A stretch of DNA of 64,000 nucleotides, from the NCBI GenBank assembly GCA_014905635.1, contig CM026547.1, positions 4,526,001 through 4,590,000 on the forward strand, written 5' to 3'. Each line of letters begins with the position of its first letter. The first letter of the stretch is position 1. Of the stretch, positions 1 to 13,604 are shown piece by piece. The DNA is from Scenedesmus sp. PABB004. Its lineage: Eukaryota. The notes beneath the pieces were generated by a model. That model was given only the letters and a program-made list of their open reading frames with translations, was not told the DNA's origin and made no database searches. The translations under genes and the position numbers were made by a program.

Positions 1-3000
1 GCCCTCCTGCGCCATGCTGTGCATCACCGCCGCCACGACCGCGCGCTCGCGGCAGAGCGCGGGCATGTCCTGCGGCAGGTTGCGCTCGCGCGCCCAGGGC
101 AGCAGCGTCTCGGGGTCGGGCACCGCCACCGCGACAAGCTGCGCCTTGAGGCTGTCGCCATACACAAACGCCTGCAGCACCAGCGGGCTCCTGCGCGCGG
201 CACACCGCGACGCGCGGGGCGCGGCGTGGGCCGCCGGCGGCGGCGGGCGCGGCGCGGCGCCGCGCGCTGCGTCGCGCCCGCGTGCGCGCGCGTGCGTAGT
301 GCTATGCCAGGCGCTGCGCACCGGGTGTAGACGTTTTCGATCTTCTCCGGCGCGATGTACTCGCCCTGCGCGAGCTTGAAGATGTTCTTCTTCCTGCGAG
401 GCGCGCCGGGCGTGCGGGCCGGCGCGCGGGCGGCGCGCCGGGCGTGCGGGCCGACGCGTGGGCGGCGCGCCGGGCGTGCGGGCCGGCGCGCGGGCGGCGC
501 GCCAGGCGTGCGGGCCGGCGCATGGGCGGCGCGCCGGGCGTGCGGGCCGACGCGGGGGCGGCGCGCCGGGCGTGCGGGCCGGCGCATGGGCGGCGCGCCG
601 GGCGTGCGGGCCGGCGCGCGGGCGGCGCGCCGGGCGTGCGGGCCGACGCGCGGGCGGCGCGCCGGGCGTGCGGGCCGACGCGCGGGCGGCGCGCCGGGCG
701 TGCGGGCCGACGCGTGGGCGGCGCGTGGGCGGCGCTCGGGCGAGCGCGCGCGTGGCACGCGGCGCCCACACGGGCACGCCCGGGTGTGCGGGCGCGCGGC
801 GCGCGGCGGCGCGCGGCGGCCGCACCGGTCGATGATGCGCAGGCGGCCGCCCGGGAGCCACGTGCCGACGTCGCCGGTGTGCAGCCAGCCATCGGCGTCG
901 AGCACCTCGGCCGTCTGCGCGGGGTCCTTGTAGTAGCCAGCAAACACCGTCGGCCCGCGCACGCACACCTCGCCGCTGCGCGCGCGGCGCGGCGCGTGTC
1001 GGCGCGCGGCGTCCCGGCGTCGCGTGCACAGCGTGCACAGCGTGCGCGCGTGCGGCGGCTGCCGCGCGGCCGCCGCACCGCGGGTGCGGGGCGTCGGAGG
1101 TGAGGTAGTGCATCTCGGGGATGTCCACGAGCTTCACCTCGCAGCAGGGCAGCGGCGCGCCGACGTGGCCGATCGTGGGGTCGTCGACGCGCGTGATGGT
1201 GATGGTGCAGGAGGTCTCGGTCATGCCGTAGCCCTCGAGCACGTGGCAGCCAAAGCAGACGCGCAGGAACATCATCACCTCCGCGCTGATCGGGCTCGCG
1301 CCTGTGGGCGCGGGCGGGGGCGTGAGCGCGCGGCGGCGCGGGCGTCGGCGGCGCGCGGCGAGCCGGCGCCTGCTCGAGGCGCTGCGCCCCGCCCTCTACT
1401 TCGACCCGCGCCGCCCCCCGACGCCGCTGCCGCCGCACCGGTGGTCATGTACTTGACCTGCCCGCCCACGCGCTCGCGGATCTTGCTGAACACCAGGCGG
1501 TCAAACAGCGGCCCCCAGCGCCCGCCGCTCATGTCGCCTGCGCGCCGCGGGCGCGCGCGACGACGCGGGCGTGGCTCGGCGCGCCGCGCCTGATCTGCTG
1601 CGCACAGCACGGCGCGGCGCGGTGGCACGGCGCGCAGCGCGCGCGCACCCCCGCCCGCGCGCGGCACGCACCCGCCTCCAGTGCGGCCTTTTTGTAGGCG
1701 TACGCGCGCTCGAACAGCGCGCGCTTGACGGGGTTTGCCTCGCGCATTGTGGCCATGACGCGGTCGTAGATGCGGTTCCACAGCCGCGGCACGCTCACAA
1801 AGATGTTGGGCTGCAGCGCCTGCGAGTGCGGCGGCGGCGCGCGGCGGCGCGTGCGGGCGCGCGGGCGCGCGGAGCGGCGTGGGCGCGGCGGCGCGACGGC
1901 GCCGCCGCGCTGCGCGGGCGAGCCGCCCGCCGCGGGCGCCGCCGCAGGCCCCGCCCCGCGCCGCAGGCCCCGCCGCGCCGCGCAGGCCCCGCACCAGCAC
2001 GTCGTCGAGCAGCTCCGTGACGTTGCCGGAGTAGAAGCCGACCGAGCCGCCGAGGTGGACGGCGACGGTCATGTTGTTGCGCTCATAGATGTGTGCGAGC
2101 GGGAGGTAGCTGATGTGCCTGTCCCCGGGCAGCCAGTCCTCGAGCAGCTCCACCGTGCCCGCCGCGTCGGCGATGAGGTTGGCGTGGCTCAGCACCGCGC
2201 CTGGCGGCGGGCGGCGCGGCGCGGCGCGGCGGGCGCGTGGGCGTGCGCGCAGGCGCGCGGGCGGCGCGGGGCGCAGGCGTGCGGCTGACCTTTGGGCGTG
2301 CCGGTCGTGCCCGACGTGTCTGCGGGGCGCGCCGGCGGCAGGGGACGACGCGCGTGGGCGAGGGCCGCGCGAGCGCTGCGGCGCGCCCCCGCCGCCGCGC
2401 ACGCGGCGGCACGCACAGCAGATCGTGGCGACGTCGCTCGGCCGCGGCGGCACGTGGGGGCGCGGGTGGCGGCGGCCGAGCGACTCGACCTGGTCCAGCG
2501 TGACGATGCGGCACGACACGCCGCTGGGCGCCTCCGGCAGCTGGCCCGCGCCAAGGCCCCACACGATCTGCGGCGCGCCGCGCACACGGACGCGGCGGCG
2601 GCGGCGGCGTGGGCGGGCGCGCCGCGGGGCGCGCTGGCGAGAGCACCGCCGCCGTCGCCGGCGCCGACGGCGGCGCCGCATGCGCCGCTGCGTGCCCGCG
2701 CGCGCGCGCGCGCGCACCAGGAGCTTGACGGTCGGGCAGCGCGCGAGGCACGACAGCAGCGTCGGCAGCACCGCGGCGCTGCAGCCGACGGCGGAGAGCT
2801 CGGCGTGGTTAGCGATGAACTCGACGGCGTCTGGGCCGAGCGTGTCGTAGAGGGGAACAGAGACCATGCTGTACGCGTGCGCCGCGGCGTCGAGCAGGGC
2901 CCACTCCTTGCAGTTGACGCTGTACAGGCCCAGCATGGCCTTGGGCTGCACGCCGAGCTGCAGCAGGCCGCTGCCGAGGCTCGTGCGGATGTCGCCCGCC

Positions 3001-3603
3001 TGGCTGTACGTGAGCCACGTGTACGCGCCGAGGTTGCCGGCGGCGTCGCGCTTGCGCCAGCCCAGCGCCGGCACCTGCGCGGTTGGTGGGCGGCGGGCGG
3101 CGGGCGGCGGGCGGCGGTCGGCGGTCGGCACGGCCGCGCTGCCGCTGCTGCCAGCCGGGCGCCCGCCCGCCGGCCGGCCGCGCCCCTCGCACGTGGGGGA
3201 AGCGCGACACCGCGACCTCCCAGTTGTCGTAGAGCGTGAAGACGTCCTCGTCCGGGGGCTCAAAGTTGGAGACGAGCTTGCGCGTCGCGCTCGCGCACCT
3301 GCGCGGCGACGCCGCCGCTGCTCGGCGCGCCGCCGCCGCCGCGGGCGCTGCGCGCCGTGCCGTGGCGCAGCGGCGTCCGAGATCGCGGGCCGCCCCGACG
3401 GCGCACCTGTACACCTGCCAGGGGCCGTCGCTGGAGAGCTTCTCGGGCAGCGGCACGGCGTACGGCTCCCCCTGCGCCATCAGCTCCTCCGCCGACGTGG
3501 GGGACAGCGCCAGCTGCGGCTGAGCGGACTCCACGCCCGCCGGCGCGAGCTGGGCCTGCAGCACGGCCAGCCTGCGCGCGGAGGGCTGCCCGGGTGCCGC
3601 CAT
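1..3603 (-). CDS. LACS: Long-chain acyl-CoA synthetase, peroxisomal LACS6/7-type (multi-exon; 3' end runs off the window)
   Basis: Spliced exons give [11 protein letters not shown] (AMP-binding), [54 protein letters not shown] at 3603. N-terminal RLAVLQAQL is PTS2-like. Confidence 0.93.
401..720. repeat. Intronic minisatellite, 10 x 32 bp (GCGCGCCGGGCGTGCGGGCCGRCGCRYGGGCG)
   Basis: Ten head-to-tail copies counted directly, with no spacers, inside LACS intron 394-825. Confidence 0.92.
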
Positions 3604-4119
3604 GCTGCCGAGCGGCGCGCGCGGGCGGGGAGGGCCGCTGTAAAGGCGGGCGGCGGGCGGCGGGAGGGGCGCGCGATATGTGCGGAGCGCCGCGGCGCGA
3701 CGCGAGCGCGAGGTGAGGGTGGCGGCGGCGGCGACGCAGCGCGCGGTTGAGCTGAGCGGGCGGCGCGCGGCCGATCGTCGCAGAACGCGCCGCAGCACAG
3801 CGCAACCGGCGTGCCGCCAGCCAGAAAGCCCTGCCCGTGAGCCGCGGCGGCCACCGGCGCCGCGCGCGTCGGTGCCCGGCGCCGGCAACGGAGCTGTCGC
3901 ACGCCGCGCCGGGCGGCGCGCTTCAGGAGGCCGGCGCAGCACACCCCCGGCCCGCAGTGGCCACCGACGCCACACAGTACCTCCGCGCCAGCAGGCGGCC
4001 ACGCAGCAGCAGCGCCCGCCGCCGCCCGGCAGCAGCAGCCAGCCGCCGCCCGCCGCGCGCCGGCGGGCGCCCAGGGCGACCCCCTCGCGTCCCCGCGCCC
4101 GGCGCGTCCGGCTGCCAGG

Positions 4120-6804
<2,685 letters not shown>

Positions 6805-6944
6805 CCCGCGGCGGCTGCAGGTGGCAGTGCGTGCACGGTGGCGGCGGGAGCGCTGGCGTGCGCAGTGCGCGGCGGGGGCTCCTGTGTTGCACGGCGCCAG
6901 GCGTGCAAGCGGCCGCAACCGTTCGTTGTAGTTAGTAACCGGCC

Positions 6945-7250
6945 TCTGGTCAACCAACGTTCCTGTGCAGTGCCTCGTTCGTTCTTGTGACGAACCCGCC
7001 CAAATCAGCTTGCCGCAGCTCGGGCTCGCCCGCCGCCGCCTGACCGCACGCCAGCTGCCGAGCTGCCCGCCAACCACCACCAACTCACCGACCACCGAGC
7101 ACAAATGCTTTCCTTTTAGTAGGCGCCAGCCTTCTGGTCAACCGTTCCTGTGCAGTGCATGTACCTTTTGACGGAGCAGCCCAGGTCAGCTCGGCTCTCG
7201 CCCCCCGCCGGGCTCGACCACCACCACCCCCCAGCTCCCAGGCTGGGGAG
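6945..7250. repeat. Diverged tandem duplication (~188 bp period) between convergent genes
   Basis: TCTGGTCAACC(AAC)GTTCCTGTGCAGTGC at 6945-6973 and 7133-7158, followed by further similar blocks (TGACG..GCCCA..TCAGCT; CTCGCCC.CCGCCG). Confidence 0.7.
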
Positions 7251-7472
7251 CGCCCGCGCGCGCGAGCGAGCCACGCGCAGCAGCGCGTGCACGGGCGTAC
7301 GCCCGGGTGTGGGCCCACCGACCGCGCGGCGATGAGGGCCGCAGCGGCTGGCCGTGGGCCAATCAGAGTGCATCCCAAACGGGTCGTGTGCGCCGCGTAA
7401 GCCCTCCACCCCGCGAAAACTGAGCCAGGCACGCAGTCAACACGTACATAGCACTGCGCGTCCGACTACGAC

Positions 7473-10400
7473 TCACATGCAGATGGCGCGCGTGTACTTC
7501 ATGTCGGCGACGGTCGTCGGCACGAGCGCGATGTCGTGGTGGCCTGCGGCGCGGCGCGGCGCGCGGCGCGCGGCGCTGAGCGCGGGCCCGGGGCGGCCGC
7601 TGCGGCGACGGCGCGCGGGGGGCTGAAAACGGCGGCGGCACACGCACCCACCTCCGGGCGCGGGGAAGAAGCCGAGCGGCTCGTCGCGCTCGATGTCGAG
7701 CACAAACACCCCGCTCGCGAAGCGCTGGAACCCGGCTGCGCGGCGGCGGCGGAGGACCGGGCCGGCGGGCGGCGCGGGGTCACGGTAAGAAACGCTCACC
7801 GCGGGCGCGCGGCGCGCGGCGCGCACGCGGCGGTGCGGCAGTGCGGCGCGGCGGCGCGCACCGGTGACGATGAGCAGGTACTTGCCGTCCATGGTCGTCA
7901 CTGCTGATTGCATATCGGGCGTTATGCCTTCGGTGCGGCGCGGAGCGGCGCAGGTCGGCGCCTCCGCGGAGCGCGGGCGGGAGGCGGCTGGGCGGGGGCG
8001 CCTGGTCAGCCTCCGCGCGCGCCCCGCGCGCGCCGCACCTTGGATCTCCTTGATGATGTGGAAGCTGACCATGTCGACGACCATGAGGTTGCTCCGCTCT
8101 GGTGGTGGGGGAGAGGTTGGTGGTTGGCGCGGCGGCGGCGCACGGCGCGGCGCACAGCGAGAGTGAGCGAGCGAGTCGCCGGCTGCGCGCAAGGACCTGG
8201 GAGGGCCCTCGCTCGCGGGCGCGCGCGGCGCGCCCGGCGGCCACGCACGCGGCGGGGGGCGGAGCACCACAAAGTAGGCCTTCTTGGAGTCGTGCGCTGT
8301 GCAGCGCGGCGGCGCCGGCGGCGGCGGCGGCGCGGCGGGGTCGGCGCGCGGGCGGCGCGCGGGCGGCGCGCTGCCGTTGGTCCCTGCCGCGCGATCCCGC
8401 CGCCATTCACGACTCACAGAAGGCCATGTGGAAGGGGTTGGGGTACTCGCCGCGCCAGAGAGGGTCCTTAATGACGCCCCGTTTCACCCATTTGCGCGGG
8501 TCGGCCGCCGTGCTGTCGACCAGGCCCACGCTGTTCTCACGCAGATTGTTCATCATGCTGGCAGCACGGCACGGCACGCGGGCAGAGAGCAGGCGAGGCG
8601 CGGCGGCGTGGGCGGGAGAGGCGGCGGGGGGCGGCGGGCGCGCGCAGGCGGGCGCGGTCGCCCGGCCGCTGCGCCGCGGCGCGGTGCGCGGCGCGGGGCG
8701 CACAGGAAGGATTTGCCGTCGGGCGTCCAGCCGAGCTCGTGCCCCGGGCTGCCCACGTAGTCGAGGCGCACCGTCCAGGTGTCGTTGGACGTCTGCCGGC
8801 GGCCGCGCGCGGCCCCCACGGGCGCGCCGTGAGCGACGCAACTCGGCCGCCGCGCCCCCCCCCCCCCCGCCCCGGGGCTCGGCTGCGCCGCCCCGCGCCG
8901 CCCAGCTCGGCCGCTGGCTCGGCCCACGCACCTGCACCACGGGCGCCTGGTCGGGCGTGTCAACATTGAAGGATATGAACGTCAGCGGCGCGCAGTCGGG
9001 CGCGTCGAGGTCGTGCACCACGGCGCCGCCGAGCATGCGGATGATCTCGGCGCCCCACCGGCCGCCCGGGTGGAACACCTGCGCGGCGCGGTGTGCTAGC
9101 GTGGGCGGCGGGGGCCGCGGCGGCGGCGGCCGCGGCGGCGACCGCGGCGGCGGCGACCGCGGCGGCGGCGTGGGGCCACTCACGAAGCCGTCGGCCGCGA
9201 CGGTCGTCGCGGGCGAGGCGCCGGGGATGCGGCCCTTCTCCAGCTCGCCCTCCGCCATGGGCGCGAGCTCGACGTCGATCTTGTTGCCCTGGGGTGGGTC
9301 AGGGTTTAGGGTTTAGGGTTGAGTGTGCGTGTGTGTGTATGTGGAGGGAGCGGCGCCGGCGCACGCGATCGGTGGCAGGCGCGGCGCGTCCGCCGCCGGG
9401 CGCGCGGCGCGCGTGCAGCGCGGCGCGCGGCGGGCGGATCGCGGGCTGCACTGAGGCGCACCTTGGCGCCGAGGAGGTCGTACTTGCCGGTCGTGGGGTC
9501 GGCGTAGATGCGGGTGATGGTCATCACGCCGCCGCGCTGCGCAGCACACAGCGCGCGCGGCAGGCGGCGGCGCGTGGGCGGGCGCAGCGCGGCGCGCGCG
9601 GCGCGGCGCCGCGGCCGAGCGCGAGCGCGAGCGCGCGTGCCTTCCAGTTGTTGGCGAGGTCCTGCGGCGTGTTGCCCTGCCAGTCGTAGCGGAACGCGCA
9701 CCGCACCTGCGGCAGTGGGCGCGCGAGGAGGTGGGCGCGCGAGGCGGTGGGCGCGCGCGCCGGGCGCGTCGGAGCGGGCGCGGCGGTCGCGGCACACGTG
9801 CGCGCGCGCGCGCACGCGCATGCAAACCGCACCTCGGTCGTCGCGCGGTCAAAGAGCGCCCACACGTCCTTCTGCCCGTCGCTCACGGCGTACGACTTGG
9901 CGTCCTGCGCGCGGCCGCGCGGCGGCCACACACAGCGGCGGGGGCGGGGCGGTGAACGTACCGCGCGGCGGCGCGCCGCACACCACGCGCCGCCGCCGCC
10001 GCGTGCGCCGCCGCAGCCCGCGGCGCGCCTTGGGGTTGATGGTCGTGTGCACGCCGAGGCCGAGGCCGGTCGAGTCGCTGACGTTCTCCGCGATCATGAG
10101 CGTGTTGCCGTCATAACGCAGGCGGTAGATGTTGGTCGACTGCCCAGCAGCAGCACCACCCACGGCGCGGGCAGGCGGCGGCGACGGCGTGGGCGGGGGC
10201 GTGGGCGTGGGCGCGGCGCAGTGGCGGCGTGGGCGCGGGGCGTGCGCGCGGCGCCGCGCGCTGCCCGCCGCGGCGCGCGGCGCGCCGGCCCCGCGGCCGC
10301 ACCGCGGGCGGGTGCGGGTCGACGTTGGGCAGGTTGTACAGGTGCCTGCGCGTGGCAGGGCAGGGAGAGGGGAGAGAGGGGTTGACGGGGGGGGGGGGGG

Positions 10401-11366
10401 GCACGCGCTCGGCGGCCGCCAGCGCCGGGGCGGGCCGCCCGAGCGCCCCGCCCGAGCGCACGTGTTGAGGCCGCCCTGGCAGGAGTTGAGGAGCTCAAAC
10501 TCGTTGTAGGGGTTCTCACTCGGGAAGCTGATGATGTGGTGCGGGATGGCGCCGTAGTCGCCGTAGTTGGAGTACCTGCACAGGGTTTTGGCCAGGGCGT
10601 AGGCCGGGGTTTTGGCCGCGCCGCGCCGGCCGCGCCGCGCCCGGGGCGAGCCCCCGCCCCGCGCCGCGTCGCGCCGGCGCCGCCGGCGGGCGCGCGCGCG
10701 CTGCGAGCGCGCGGCGCACCAGAGCGACGCGAGCGTGCGGCCGGTCTCGAGGTCGGTGAGCGTGACCCCGCCGCCGAGCTTCTGGGGCATCGCGATGACG
10801 CCCTTGCCCAGGTTGACGCCGCCGACGTACATCTTGTGCGCGGCGGTGTCAAACTGGCGGCGCGGCGGCGGCGGGGGCGGCGCGGCGGCGAGGAGGGGCG
10901 TTTCGAGAGGCGCACGCCGCGCGCGGGCCCGCCCGGCGCCGCGCGCGCACCTGGAACCGAGGGATCGGCGGCTGGCCGTTGTTGAGGCAGCCGGCGCAGT
11001 CGACGGGGCCGTCGCCCGGCAGCGGCACCTGCGCGGCAGCGCGCGCAGCAGGGCGGTCATCCCGCGCAGCCCGGCGAGCACTTCCGCCGCCGCGGCGTGC
11101 CGGCGGGGCCGCTTTCGCCGGGCGCGGCTCGCGTTCTGGGTCACGCTGCGCCGGCCTGCACGCACCAGGAGGCTCGCGGGGGCGCGGCTGCTCGCGGGGT
11201 GCGCTATGGCCCAGGCACCGACCGCCACGACAGCCAGGCACACGCACGCCGCAGCGGCCAGCACGCCACGCGAGCGGCGCGTGGACAGGCCGAGCGGGGT
11301 GTCGGGCGCCTCCGATCCCGTCGGGGTCATCGCACCGCTGTCGGTGGGCAGCAGCTGGGGCTTCAT
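7473..11366 (-). CDS. Uncharacterised His-rich beta-propeller protein (NosZ-N-terminal/YVTN-like fold predicted) with N-terminal TM anchor; ~17 exons, roughly 550 aa
   Basis: All exons splice in frame: MKPQLL..GVLAAAACVCLAVVAVGAWAIA..WYSNYGDYGAIPHHIISFP..GLGLGVHTTINP..DGFVFHPGGRW..GSPGHELGWTPDGKSF..PNPFHMAFSHDSKKAY..TMDGKYLL..GGHHDIALVP..TRAICM*. Repeated (T/S)xDGK/HPGG blade turns. The fold is inferred. Confidence 0.8.
9301..9320 (+). repeat. Short interstitial telomere-type repeat (TTTAGGG)2 plus flanks
   Basis: AGGG-TTTAGGG-TTTAGGG-TT inside intron 9289-9461. Confidence 0.6.
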
Positions 11367-11661
11367 CTCGGGCGATCGCCCGAGCGCGGGCGCTCCGTGG
11401 GGGCGCTGGCCGCAGATCGAGGGCGCGTGGTGCCGTGGCTTGTGAACGCGCCGCGCGGGAGCACGCGACGAGGCTCCAGCGCGGCAGCGGTGTTGGCCGC
11501 TTTGTCGGTGTTGGGCAGATTCGCGCGTGCACGGTTGCGCCGACGACGCCGCATGCACCCTCACGCCGCACCCGGAACTCCACGAGTTGCCGCCAGCCCT
11601 GCGGCCCTGCTGCCCGCGCGGCGCGCGCCGCCGGCGCGCCGCCCAACGGCAGACGCCCCCC

Positions 11662-13218
11662 ATGCTCCCACCACGCCTGCTCTACGCCGGTGCGTTGGCG
11701 GCGCTGGCGGCAGCGGCGGGTTGCCGTGCTCCGCTGCCGGCTGCCGGAGTGTCACCCGCCGCCGCCGCGGCCCCACGCAGGCGCGTCGGCGCTGCTCGGC
11801 GGCACCTTTGCGGCGCTGCCCAAGGCCGCCGGCGCGCGCGCGGCGCGCAGCGGGCGGCCGCAGGACCGCGTGCCCCTGCCCGTGACCGCCTGGTGGCTGG
11901 CGGCGGGGTTTGCGCTCGCGAGCGCCGCGCTCGCGGCGGCGCTCCCGCAGCGCGCCAGCTGGGCGGCCGCGCTCGGCGGCGCCGGCTGGGCGGCGATGGT
12001 GCTGACGCGGGTCGCGTCGTACGAGCAGTGCGGGCTCGCGACCGGCTGCGCCACGCCCGACGCGACGGCGCTGCTCGTGGCGTGGGCGCTCGCGCCCGCG
12101 GGCGCCGGCGCGTGCGCGCCGCTCGCGGCGGTCGCGCCGGCGCTGCTGCTGGGCTGCCTGGCGAGCCTGCATGTGCTGGAGGCGCAGGGGCGCCTGCAGC
12201 ACCTGCTCCTGCGCCAGCTCCGCGCCGGCGGCGGACCGGCACCGCACGCCGCGCCCGACGGCGCGGCGCCGGCGGCGGCGGCGGCGGAGGAGGAGGAGGA
12301 GGAGGAGCCCCTGCAGGCCGTGGAGCGGTCGGCCGGCACGGCGCACTGGTATCGTGCCGCCGGCGACCTCGCGCGCCTGGTGCGCGGCAGCGGCAGCGCC
12401 TGCTCGCAGCAGCAGCCGCTGCTGCGCAAGGACGGGGAGGCTCCGCAGCAGCAGCAGCAGCAGGACGACAACGCGGAGCAGGGCTGGGGCCGAGGCGCCG
12501 GCGGCGACGGCGCGTCCGCGCCGGCGCCGCCCGCGTGCGGCGAGGGCGCCGCGCGGCCGCCGGCGCTGGCTGGGCTGGCGTGCGGCGTCGCGTCCGGCGT
12601 GTTTGCAGGTGGGCGCGATGCCCCTCCCCTGCCCCTCCCCTCCGCGGGTGTGCCGCCACCTCCCACCCGGCTGCTGCCCGTCCCGACACCGTCGCCCGCG
12701 TGCGCGCAGGCCTCAGCCAGCTAGCGCCCGTGGGCAGGGGAGGGCTGGACAGCTTGCTCTGCAGCGCCCTCGGTGCGTGCGCGACCCCCGCCGCGCACCG
12801 AGCTGCGCACCGAGCCGGGCCGGGCTGCGCTCAGCGCGGCCGGCCCGCCGCGCCGCCCGCAGGCATGCTCGCGTGCGCCTCGCTGGCCGTGGCGGCGCAC
12901 CACGCCTGGCTCGTGCAGCGCGGGGCGCCGCCGCCCGGGGCGCTGGGCCTGCACGCGCGGCGCATGGGCCCGCTCGGCGCCGCCGGCGGCGCGCTGCTGT
13001 GCGCGGCGCTCGCGTGCGGCGCCGGCGCGCGGGGCACGGCGGGCGCCGACGCTGCGGCGGCCGTCGTGCGGCGGGCCTCGCTGCTCGTGTCGGGTGCGTG
13101 GGGCGTGGGGCTGTTCCGCGAGCTGCGCAGCGGGCTGCAGCTGCTCTTCTGGGCGGCCTGCGCGCAGGTGCTCGCGGCCGCGGCGGTGCTCGCCGTCGCC
13201 CCGCGCGCCGCGTGCTGA
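11662..13218 (+). CDS. Multi-pass membrane protein, TMEM144/DMT transporter-like
   Basis: Several hydrophobic segments. N-terminal ASALLGGTFAALPK, acidic central loop, C-terminal SLLVSGAWGVGLFRELR resembling the TMEM144 WGxxxFxE motif. Internal exon boundaries uncertain. Confidence 0.55.
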   Translation: MLPPRLLYAGALAALAAAAGCRAPLPAAGVSPAAAAAPRRRVGAARRHLCGAAQGRRRARGAQRAAAGPRAPARDRLVAGGGVCARERRARGGAPAARQLGGRARRRRLGGDGADAGRVVRAVRARDRLRHARRDGAARGVGARARGRRRVRAARGGRAGAAAGLPGEPACAGGAGAPAAPAPAPAPRRRRTGTARRARRRGAGGGGGGGGGGGGAPAGRGAVGRHGALVSCRRRPRAPGARQRQRLLAAAAAAAQGRGGSAAAAAAGRQRGAGLGPRRRRRRRVRAGAARVRRGRRAAAGAGWAGVRRRVRRVCRWARCPSPAPPLRGCAATSHPAAARPDTVARVRAGLSQLAPVGRGGLDSLLCSALGACATPAAHRAAHRAGPGCAQRGRPAAPPAGMLACASLAVAAHHAWLVQRGAPPPGALGLHARRMGPLGAAGGALLCAALACGAGARGTAGADAAAAVVRRASLLVSGAWGVGLFRELRSGLQLLFWAACAQVLAAAAVLAVAPRAAC

Positions 13219-13604
13219 GCCCGCCGCGTGCTGCCCGCGCCGCGCCGCGCCTTGGTCGGGCGCGCGTGCTGCGGTTCCCCGGAGAGCTTTGGCAGGCGGC
13301 AGGGGGCGTCGACCGATGCAATCAGAGTCGCGAAAGAAGCGTGTTGCAGGGCGAGCGTAGAGTCGCGACTCAGCGGCCGCTGCACCGCCGTGACGGCCGC
13401 GCCGCCGTTGCCGTCCGCGACCCTTCCCGCTCCGGCCCCGCTCCCCCCGCACACCACCCGCCCCTGGGACCTCGCGGACGGCGGCGCAGCGCGATCGGGG
13501 GCGCGAACCGGTCGCGTGGTGCCGAGCGAACGTCAGGCGCCGCTCCTCCGGCCCGCCCGGCCAGCCCGGCAGCGAACGTTCAGTCAGCGCGTCGCGAGGC
13601 GACC

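Noticed and set aside
401..720. 32-bp repeat as a CRISPR array
   Set aside because: No spacers, no cas genes, and it lies in a eukaryotic intron.
10387..10401. Intronic G/C homopolymers (also ~8854, 21994, 23891, 29351, 50529) as regulatory G-quadruplexes
   Set aside because: Expected at this composition, and homopolymer lengths are error-prone.
7473..11366. Calling the propeller gene nosZ
   Set aside because: No CuA domain or Tat signal, and the His motif order differs. Only a resemblance can be claimed.
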